Source of the DNA: Polyangiaceae bacterium
GTDB taxonomy: Bacteria; Myxococcota_A; Polyangia; Polyangiales; Polyangiaceae
Direction of reading: 5' to 3'
Length of the DNA stretch: 64,000 nucleotides
NCBI GenBank assembly: GCA_035063585.1
Contig: JAPSGB010000016.1
Coordinates: 1-64,000, forward strand
Numbering within the stretch: position 1 is the stretch's first letter; every line of letters starts with the position of its first letter. The position numbers were made by a program, and so were the translations under genes. Below the pieces are notes generated by a model. It saw only the letters and a program-made list of their open reading frames with translations, was not told the DNA's origin and made no database searches. Positions 1-7,852 of the stretch are shown here, one piece after another.

Positions 1-400
1 CGCTCAACAACGACCGGCGGCAGCGCCGGAGGTTCACCGCGGAGCAGAAGCTCCGCATCCTGCACGAGGCCGAGCGGTGCACGACGCGCGGCGACGTCGG
101 CGAGCGCTTGCGGCGCGAGGGCATCTACGGCTCGCACCTCTCTGCGTGGCGTTCCCCGCGCGACCGGCTCGGCGTCGCCGGCCTCGAGGGCGTACCGCGG
201 GGCCCGAAGGTGCGGACGGACAAGAGAGACAAGCTCATCGAGCAGCTCGAGCGCAAGAACGCGAAGCTGGAGAAGGAGCTCGGCATCGCCCACGGGCTGA
301 TCGACCTCCAGAGAAAAGCGCACGAGATTCTCGGGATCGCGCTGCCGAGAGCTCGAGGATGCGACCGAGGACGACTCGTCGAGCTCGTCCGGCAGCGCGA
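1..400 (+). mobile_element. IS3-family transposase OrfA remnant, 5' end outside the window, OrfB missing
   Basis: Frame from nt 3 reads RRQRRRFTAEQKLRILHEAERC...LRREGIYGSHLSAWR...LIDLQRKAHEILG, a typical IS3 OrfA HTH plus leucine zipper. No DDE integrase domain follows. Confidence 0.8.
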
Positions 401-672
401 ACCGGGGCGCGGCGACCGACGTCGAGGTGAGTTTCGATCCGCAGGCGGTCTCCGCCGACGCGCACGTGACCGGCCTCGTGGAGCTCGAGGTGCCTTCACG
501 GGTCGGCCGACCTCGCACCTGGGCGTGGTCGCGGAACGTGCATGCCCCCGGGCGCTGGTCTGCGGTCGTGCGCGACCTCGAGGGGCGCGAGCTCGCGCGC
601 ACCAGCTTCAGGGTGGAACTCCCACACGAGCGCGACGTGCACCAGGGTCGCTCGTGTGGGAGTGTCGCGGCG

Positions 673-1518
673 ATGACGCGCGAATCGAAGACGCTCGTTC
701 ACCGCGGATGCACGCTCGCGTACGACGTGAGCGGTGCGGGGCCGCCGGTCGTGTGGGTCCAGGGGATGGGCCTGCACGGCCGCGGCTGGGCCCCACAGGT
801 GGACGCGCTCGAGACGCGCTATCGGTGCCTCACGTTCGACAACCGTGGCATGGCCCGGAGCCAGCCGGTCGGTGAGCAGCTCACGGTCCCGCTGATGGTG
901 AGCGACATCGTCGCACTGATGGATCGCGAGCATATCGAGGCGGCGCACCTCGTCGGGCACTCGATGGGCGGCTTGCTCGCCATCGCGACGGCGCTCGAGC
1001 ACCGCGCGCGCGTCCGGAGCCTCACGCTGCTTAGCACGTTCGCGCGCGGCAGCGACGCGTCGCGTCCCCGCGGTCCGATGATCTGGATCGGGGCGCGCAC
1101 GATGATCGGCACCCGGCGCATGCGGCGCCTCGCGTTCCTCGAGATGGTCATGCCGCCCGAGGTGCTCGCGACACGGGACCGCGACGCGCTCGCGGCAGAG
1201 CTCGAGCCGATCTTCGGTCACGACCTGGGCGAACGCCCGCCCATCGTGATGTCGCAGCTCTCCGCGACCGGCGCCTACGACGCGAGCCCCCGCCTCGGCG
1301 AGCTCGCGGGGATCCCCACGCTCGTCGCGACCGGGGCCCAGGACATCGTGGCGCCGCCGACGTTCGGCAAGGCGCTCGCGGACGGGATCCCAGGGGCGCG
1401 GTGGCTCGAGATTGCGGGTGCGGGCCATGGCCTGCCCATCCAGATGGTCGAGCGCACCAACGGCCTCGTCGCGGAGCACCTCGACGCGGCTGAGGCCATC
1501 GCTCGCGCCGCCTCGTGA
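673..1518 (+). CDS. Alpha/beta fold hydrolase
   Basis: Motifs FDNRGMARS, nucleophile elbow GHSMGG, GAQD and GAGH. ATG at 673 chosen over the 427 start in the ORF track. Confidence 0.85.
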   Translation: MTRESKTLVHRGCTLAYDVSGAGPPVVWVQGMGLHGRGWAPQVDALETRYRCLTFDNRGMARSQPVGEQLTVPLMVSDIVALMDREHIEAAHLVGHSMGGLLAIATALEHRARVRSLTLLSTFARGSDASRPRGPMIWIGARTMIGTRRMRRLAFLEMVMPPEVLATRDRDALAAELEPIFGHDLGERPPIVMSQLSATGAYDASPRLGELAGIPTLVATGAQDIVAPPTFGKALADGIPGARWLEIAGAGHGLPIQMVERTNGLVAEHLDAAEAIARAAS

Positions 1519-1623
1519 GGGGCGCGCCGCAGCTGCTGCCACCGGGGGCCGCGCGTCGACCGCTGCCTCGGGCTCGGAGGAGCACGAGCTGCCGCGGCGA
1601 GATCACTCGCCCATCCAGCCGTA

Positions 1624-1845
1624 CACGGCGCCTTCGTGCGCGCCTCGCGCGCGGGCGGCAGCGACGACTTCGAGCTCCACGAGGAGCTGCGCTTGCTCCT
1701 CGAGCACGCGCTCGAGCGCGGCCTGGCGACTGGCCAGGTCTCCCAGCTCGCCGACGGCGATCCGCCCCGCCGCCCGCGGGGCAGCCCCGCGCAGGCGTGG
1801 GCCGTGGGGGAGTTGCTCGGCTCGCTCGTGAAGCTGGACGTCTGA
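1624..1845 (+). pseudogene. C-terminal fragment of an amylo-alpha-1,6-glucosidase (glycogen debranching enzyme-like)
   Basis: GQVSQLADGDPPRRPRGSPAQAWAVGELL resembles the conserved GDE C-terminus (GxISEIFDGDxPHxPRGCxAQAWSVAE). No upstream body of the gene is present. Confidence 0.55.
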
Positions 1846-1940
1846 CGCCCGAGGCCGCGCCGAAGGACGACCGTCCAAGCCCCGGGTCCGGCGCGATTCG
1901 GCGCTGGTGGACGAGGCGCGCGTGGCGCGATAGTCGAGCC

Positions 1941-3710
1941 ATGCGGTACGCGGGACGGGCGCTGGGTTGGATGGTGGTTTCAATGTTGCCGGCGGTGCCG
2001 GCGCTCGCCGCGTCGCACCCGCCGGGCGTGGGCTACCCGCTCGAGCCCGCCGCGCTGCAACCCGCGGGGCTGGCACAGCCGCTGCCCAGCACCCGGCGGT
2101 ACGTGCTGGTCTGGAAAGACCAGCTGGCTGACGCCGTGCAGGGGGTGAGCCAGGCCCAGAAGCAGTGGATCGTCCAGCACTACGTGGGGTCGCAGAAGCT
2201 CTTCAAGCGCCAGATCGACGAGTACCGGGCCATGAACCCGGGTTTTCTGCTGCTGGTCTATCACCTGGCGTACGGCCTGAACGGCGCCGACCAGACCAAC
2301 CCCGTCCATAACATCACCGGCGCGGACCGGTGGGGTCAGGAGGACGACGACGCCTTCACGCCTTACGTGGCAGCCCACGCGCTCACCCGTGAGAACGCCT
2401 ACGAGCACGGCACCAGCACGGGTTTTCCGAACGACCGCATCCACTACCCCGATCCGTTCTGGCTGATGAACCTCGACTCGAGCGAGTGGCGCTCCTACCT
2501 GTTCGACACGCTGCTCGAGTGGCAAGGCTACGCGACCGACAAGGCGACCGGCGTCTTCCTCGACGTGGCATTCCACCCCTGGTACGGCTACCAGCCGACC
2601 GGGTGGTGGGCACCCAAGGCCGGCGGCAGCTCGCACGCGGCGCTGGCGAGCTACTGGAACCCGCGCGCCTCGGCGTACTTCAAGGCCATGCGCGCGGCGT
2701 TCGCCGCGACCAGCCAACACCCGCGCTATCTCGTGATCCCGAACCCCGACTCGCTGGTCGACGAAGAGCCCGCGTTTCTGGACGAGACCGACGGTGTGTT
2801 CACCGAGAACTGGCAGGACGTCGCGGATTCTGCCGGCAACTGGTACGTCTCCTCCAGGCGACTTTGCCGGTACGTCACCAGCAAGGGCAAGGTGTGGATC
2901 GCTGGCATCACCGCCGCCGGCACCTCGCTCTCGGCCAGCGAGCGGGCCCTGCTCGTCGGCACGTACCTGCTGGTCCGCAACGGCACCAGCTACTTCACGC
3001 TCGGCCTGGACGACGTGAGCTGGTACCCCGAGTACGAGCTCGATCTGGGCGGCTACGAGCGCGAGCCGCCGGAAGATCTGGAGCAGCTCCGTGTCGGCGG
3101 CAGCGGCGGTGGCGCGGGCGGCCTGTACGCGCGGAGGTACGTGAGCGGGCTCGTGCTGGTGAACTCGTCGAGCGCCGCGCTCACCTACACGCTCCCGAGC
3201 GCGATGAAGCGCGCCACCTGGAGCGGTGGCGGCGACGTGGACGCGAGCGCGCAGGAGCCTTCGTACGCGCTCGACTACGACACCGACGTCCCCGCCGGCG
3301 CGCTGACGGTGCCGGCGCGCACAGCCATCATCCTACGCGCTCCGGCCGGGGCGCCCCCGCCCGGCGTGGAACCTGCGGCAGGCGCCGGCGGCGCTGGCGG
3401 AGCGGCTGGCGCCGCTGGCAGCTCGGGCGCGGCGGCCAGCGCAGGCGCGGGTGGCGCCGGCGCAACGGCCGGCGCGGCGGGGAACTCGGCGGGCGCGCCG
3501 GGCAAGGCGGGCGCTGCAGGTGCGCCGACCAGCGGCGGCGCGGCCGGCGCGTCTGCCGGCGGCGGCGCTGCGGGCGACTCGGGTTGCGGGTGTCGGGCCG
3601 CCGGGGTGCCGGGGCGGCGCGCTTCAGCGCTCGGCGGGCTGTCACTCGCGGCGCTCGCGGCGCTGCGGCGCCGGGCGTCGCGGCGGCTCAGGGCAAGAAG
3701 CGATACGTGA
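1941..3710 (+). CDS. Secreted putative glycoside hydrolase (TIM-barrel, GHL15-like) with Gly/Ala linker and MYXO-CTERM sorting signal
   Basis: Signal peptide ending VPALAA. Motifs GVFLDV, DGVFTEN, WYPEYELDLG and GLYARRYVSGLVLVN. C-terminus SGCGCRAAG...LAALAALRRR. Confidence 0.7.
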   Translation: MRYAGRALGWMVVSMLPAVPALAASHPPGVGYPLEPAALQPAGLAQPLPSTRRYVLVWKDQLADAVQGVSQAQKQWIVQHYVGSQKLFKRQIDEYRAMNPGFLLLVYHLAYGLNGADQTNPVHNITGADRWGQEDDDAFTPYVAAHALTRENAYEHGTSTGFPNDRIHYPDPFWLMNLDSSEWRSYLFDTLLEWQGYATDKATGVFLDVAFHPWYGYQPTGWWAPKAGGSSHAALASYWNPRASAYFKAMRAAFAATSQHPRYLVIPNPDSLVDEEPAFLDETDGVFTENWQDVADSAGNWYVSSRRLCRYVTSKGKVWIAGITAAGTSLSASERALLVGTYLLVRNGTSYFTLGLDDVSWYPEYELDLGGYEREPPEDLEQLRVGGSGGGAGGLYARRYVSGLVLVNSSSAALTYTLPSAMKRATWSGGGDVDASAQEPSYALDYDTDVPAGALTVPARTAIILRAPAGAPPPGVEPAAGAGGAGGAAGAAGSSGAAASAGAGGAGATAGAAGNSAGAPGKAGAAGAPTSGGAAGASAGGGAAGDSGCGCRAAGVPGRRASALGGLSLAALAALRRRASRRLRARSDT

Positions 3711-3967
3711 AGGCCAGGAGCGGGCCGGCGCCCCCTTGGCCGTCGGCGGCCGAGCGCCCACCCACGACGGTCAGAGCGGCGCGTAGGAAATTCCATCTGG
3801 CAAGACCCACCGAGTCGAAGAGTACGCGGACGCGAGTTCGCGGTCGAAGGCTGCCCGCGAACCGTCCGAGCGGCGGGCAGGCGGGGGTTCGGCAGAGATT
3901 ATCGGCGTCGCCCGCTCGGGAGGACACACCTCCGCGCTCGGCGAGGTGCTTGCTGGCTGCTGCCAGT

Positions 3968-4123
3968 TTGCAGCTTCATGGCGCCAGCGGCCGTGTGACT
4001 CTTGCAGGGTCACGGGACCACCACCTTTGCAGGACCATGGGGCCACCCGCAGGGGAGCCTGACCGGGATTTGCAGGGTCTTGGGGCCAGCTCCAGGGAAT
4101 TCTTGCAGAGTCATGGGGCCAGC
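3968..4123. repeat. Five imperfect 21-bp direct repeats, consensus TTGCAGGGTCATGGGGCCAGC
   Basis: Copies start at 3968, 4002, 4027, 4070 and 4103. Confidence 0.7.
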
Positions 4124-4642
4124 CCCGGGATGAGCGACCTGGACATGAGACACGCTCCGTCTCCGACCGACCGCGCGGGTCGCGGTCGGCTCGCGGCTCG
4201 CGCTGTCGCTCTCTCTCACGAAGCCTGATCGAGAATCGCGCTCGGTGACTTGGAGCGTAGGAGCCAGCTTCAAAGTCTGGCTGTCGCGTCGGTCAGCGTG
4301 CGCCTCTCGCCCCGCCGATACCGCGCCGCACCGACAACAAGAGAATAGACTCGACCACAAGAGAACACCGTCGGTCGAGTCGGCCCTGCACGCTCCCACC
4401 TCGCTCCCCCCGCTCGGCTCACACGTCGCCGCAGCCGCATCCGCGCGCGTAGGTCGGATGAACGCCCTCGTGATGGCTCTGCCCATGACCGGCGGTCGCG
4501 TCGGCGGCCTCGGCGGGCGGCGTCGGCGGCGTGCGCGGGCTCGATGGAGAGCGCAGGGTCGGGTCTCGAGCGGCTCGCGTGTCGATTTGCGACCGTGAGC
4601 GCCCCGCCCGGGCGCACGCCGGCCGCTTCGAGCGCGCGTTGA

Positions 4643-5067
4643 GTGCGCGTCGAGGTGCTCCGCCTGCACGGGCTCGTCGAGCCTCCTGCAGATGACGCGG
4701 CTCTTGAAGCAGGGCGGGCCGCGCGAGGGCGCGAGCTGCGGCGGAGCGTGGGCGGCTGGTCGTGCTCCGCGGTGCACGTCGCGCAGTCGGGGTCGTCGGA
4801 TCCCTCGACCGGCGGCGGTGGCGGAACGATGCGTGCCCTCCACTTGCCGTGCGCCGCGAGCACGCCGGCGTAGCGGATCTGGTTCATGCGCGGGGGCGGC
4901 ACGGAGCTGGCGTGCCGGACCAGCAGGCTGAGCCGGTCCATCTCCAGGGCGAAGGTGCCCTCGCTGAACGGTCGCTTCAGGATCGAGCGGACGAGCTCGC
5001 GCTCCCGCGTCGGGTCAGCGGTGCTTCTCGGCAGCACGTAGTGCACCGGGTCGCGGAGCCCGTCTGA
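4643..5067 (-). pseudogene. Degraded IS91-family (rolling-circle) transposase, C-terminal part
   Basis: LKRPFSEGTFALEMDRLSLLVRHASSVPPPRMNQIRYAGVLAAHGKWRARIVPPPPP in one frame and APSRGPPCFKSRVICRRLDEP in another. Both resemble the C-terminus of myxobacterial IS91-type transposases, here frameshifted and internally deleted. Confidence 0.7.
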
Positions 5068-5252
5068 CGTCGCGCAGCGGCTCGAGCTGGTCCCTCCACT
5101 GCTCCCGCCGTTCGTCCATGGCACGCCCGTCGTAGCGTCGCCGAGCGGCTCCGAGCGCTGAGAATACGATGAGCTTCGCGCGGTTCACCGGCGAGGGACA
5201 CTTCGCCCGGGCTTCGCGCCGGACCAACAATCCTCCCCGGTCGCCGTCGCGT

Positions 5253-6566
5253 TCACCGGTGATGGAGAGGACGGAGCTCGGTGCTCGGCGTCGCCAGGAT
5301 CTGCCGGGCCGCCGCGGTCCCGAGGCGCACGAGCGGCCCCGGCCACAGACCGTTCACGATGATGAGCGCGATGGGCACGACGAGCGCGAGGCGCTCGCGC
5401 GGTAGGAGATCGATGACCGGTCCCTTCGCGGACGCGCCGTGGAAGAGGCGCAGATAAGCGCGAAGCACGGTGAAGCCGTTCAGCCCGGTGGCCACGAACA
5501 GCAGCAGGCCGAGCGCCGGGAACGCATCGAGAACCGCCGCGAGCAGGAGGTCGTCGCTCACGAAGCCCGCGGTGCCCGGGAAGGAGACCAGGCTGAGCCC
5601 CGACACCAAGAACGCGAGCGCGAGGGCCGGACCGCGGCGATAGAGGCCGCTGTGTCGGTCGAGCCGAAGCGGCCCGAAGCGCGCCTCGAGCATCCACGCC
5701 GCGAGGCCGAGCCCGGTGATCGCGGCGCCCGCGGAGAGCCAGCTCAGGAGCCCACCCGCCATTCCGGCGCCATCCGGACACTCGAGCCCGACCAGGACCA
5801 GCGCGGACTGGCTGACGGCCAGCCAGGCGACCATCCGGCGGAGCTCGACCTGCACCAGCGCAAGCCCGGCCGCGTACGCCGCCGTCACGAGCGCGAGCGG
5901 ACCGAGCAAGAGCCAGCGACCGCCGAAGAGCTCCGGAACGAGCGGCACGACGCCGCGCACGAGCGCGTAGGCGCCGACCATCGGCGCGATGAGGAGCAGG
6001 AGCGGCCCTGGCGGTGCGGCCGAGTACGCGGCGGGGAGCCACGAGTGGAACGGGGCGATCGCCTTTCGGATCAGGATCGCGCTCACCACCATCGCAACCC
6101 CGAGCCGCGGGAGGGCGTGGCGGCAGGCGACGCCGCCCGCGAAGAGGAGCGCGCTCGCGCTCGAGTACGCCGCGTAGGCGCGCGCGGCGGGGGTCCCTCG
6201 CAGCGCGTGGGCGACCGGGAGCATGGTCGCGATCCAGAGCGCCGCGAGCAGGCGAGGCTCGGCCGTCCAGAACGTCGCGACCAAGAGGGCCACGTTCACG
6301 AGCAGCCCACTCAGCGCGCGCGGCGTAGCCCAGGCTCGCGGCGCGCCGAGCACCAGCGCCCACCCGAGCGTCGCGGCGAGCGGCACGCCGAGCGCGGAGA
6401 GCGCGTCGCTCGGGAACACGAGGATGGCGCCCACGACGGCGAGCGCGAGGCCGACAGAGGTCGCGCCGAGTGACACCGCCCGCGCAGCGCGCGGCGCCAG
6501 GAAGCGGGCGCTCGCGCCTCCGATCGCGGGCGCCGCGATGCTCGCCCACTCGACTAGCCGATCCAC
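5253..6566 (-). CDS. Proton-translocating membrane subunit (NuoM/ND4-like), third gene of the DAB-type operon
   Basis: Highly hydrophobic, with IRKAIAPFHSWLP and LSLVSFPGTAGFVSDDLL. GTG start at 6566 has GGAG upstream and overlaps the stop of the preceding gene. Confidence 0.8.
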   Translation of the reverse strand: MDRLVEWASIAAPAIGGASARFLAPRAARAVSLGATSVGLALAVVGAILVFPSDALSALGVPLAATLGWALVLGAPRAWATPRALSGLLVNVALLVATFWTAEPRLLAALWIATMLPVAHALRGTPAARAYAAYSSASALLFAGGVACRHALPRLGVAMVVSAILIRKAIAPFHSWLPAAYSAAPPGPLLLLIAPMVGAYALVRGVVPLVPELFGGRWLLLGPLALVTAAYAAGLALVQVELRRMVAWLAVSQSALVLVGLECPDGAGMAGGLLSWLSAGAAITGLGLAAWMLEARFGPLRLDRHSGLYRRGPALALAFLVSGLSLVSFPGTAGFVSDDLLLAAVLDAFPALGLLLFVATGLNGFTVLRAYLRLFHGASAKGPVIDLLPRERLALVVPIALIIVNGLWPGPLVRLGTAAARQILATPSTELRPLHHR

Positions 6567-7852
6567 TTTCGCTCCAGCCGATCGAGCCATGCGAGCGCGC
6601 GCAGCACGGGCCCGACGACCCAGCCCATGATGAGTGCGTCGAGGTACCCCCTTTGCAGCGCGAAGCGGTAGAGCCAGAGCTGCGCGCTCGCCGGAACGTG
6701 ACGCTCGAGGTGCGCGCCCGTGCGCGTGACGTGCTCGCCCATCGCGGCCTCGACCTGGTGGCGCTCGTGCAGGAGCGACGGCGCGCGAAGAAACTGGAGC
6801 GCGCGCAGGCACGCGTGGCCCATGATGTGCACGAGCGGGATGAGCCGGAGACCGAGCCCGATCTCGGCGAAGATGATCCCGAGCTGGGTCAAGGTCGCGT
6901 AGGCGATCGTCGACTTGATATCGGTCTGTGCGCGCCCGACCACCGTCGCATAGAGCGCGGTGACGAGCCCGACCACGACCAGCGCCGCGCTCGCGCCCGG
7001 CTGCTGGTCGAGCAGCGGCGCCGCTCGTAAGAGGATGTAGCATCCGGCGTGCACGCTGAGCGCCCCGTAGAAGATCGCGCTCGAAGGCGTGGGGCCTTCC
7101 ATCGCGCGGGGCAGCCACCCGCTGAGCGGCACCTGCGCGCTCTTGCCCATCGCGGAGAGCAAGAGGAGGAACGCGACGAGCGTCGCCGTGTCCCCGGCGA
7201 GGCCGGGCGCTCCGGCCGGCCACGGCGCCGCGCCGTAGAGCACCGGATAAGCGCCGCTGCCGAGGCGTGCGTGCGCGACGAGCCCGGCGAGGAGGAGCCC
7301 GACATCGCACGCTCGATAGACGCCGAACGCCCAGAGCCCGTGGTGCACGGGCGCTTCGCGGTTCTGATAGTACGCGATGAGCAGGGCCGAGGTGATCCCG
7401 ACGAGCTCCCAGCCGATGTAGGCGAGGTCGAGGCCCCCGGCCGCGGTGACCAGCTGGATCCCCCCGGCGAACAGCAGCATCAGCGCCATGAAGCGATGAA
7501 ATCCCGGGTCCTGATGGAGGTAGCGCGTGGCGAACGCGCCGACCGTGCCGCACAGCACGCTCGAGAGCACCAGGAACGGCACCGAGAGCCCATCCACGAG
7601 CAGCGACAGGTGTACCCGGTGGGTGCCGGACGAGAACCAGGTCCCGAGCGGTACCACCTCCGACGAGCGTCGCTCGAGGATCATCGCCCCCGCGAGGCCG
7701 AGCGCGGCGATCACACTCGTGACGAAGGTCAGCGACACCAGCCGGGTGAGCGAGCGCTCCGAAGCGCGACGCCCGAGGAGTCGCGCGAGCCCGAGCCATG
7801 CGAACGCGGCGATCGGTGCGAACACGGCGATCCGCGCGAGCCAGCCGATCAT
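6554..7852 (-). CDS. dabB: DabB-like NuoL/ND5-family proton-conducting membrane subunit
   Basis: Motifs WELVGITSALLI, YRACDVGL, GKSAQVPLSGWLPRAMEGPTPSSAIFYG and AYATLTQLG. ATGA overlap with the dabA stop. Confidence 0.85.
   Translation of the reverse strand: MIGWLARIAVFAPIAAFAWLGLARLLGRRASERSLTRLVSLTFVTSVIAALGLAGAMILERRSSEVVPLGTWFSSGTHRVHLSLLVDGLSVPFLVLSSVLCGTVGAFATRYLHQDPGFHRFMALMLLFAGGIQLVTAAGGLDLAYIGWELVGITSALLIAYYQNREAPVHHGLWAFGVYRACDVGLLLAGLVAHARLGSGAYPVLYGAAPWPAGAPGLAGDTATLVAFLLLLSAMGKSAQVPLSGWLPRAMEGPTPSSAIFYGALSVHAGCYILLRAAPLLDQQPGASAALVVVGLVTALYATVVGRAQTDIKSTIAYATLTQLGIIFAEIGLGLRLIPLVHIMGHACLRALQFLRAPSLLHERHQVEAAMGEHVTRTGAHLERHVPASAQLWLYRFALQRGYLDALIMGWVVGPVLRALAWLDRLERKWIG

Noticed and set aside
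3968..4123. Possible degenerate CRISPR array
   Set aside because: The repeats are divergent and the gaps between them (4-22 nt) are too short and irregular for spacers.
5253..7852. Respiratory complex I nuoL/nuoM genes
   Set aside because: No other nuo genes are nearby, and direct coupling to DUF2309 indicates a DAB-type transporter.
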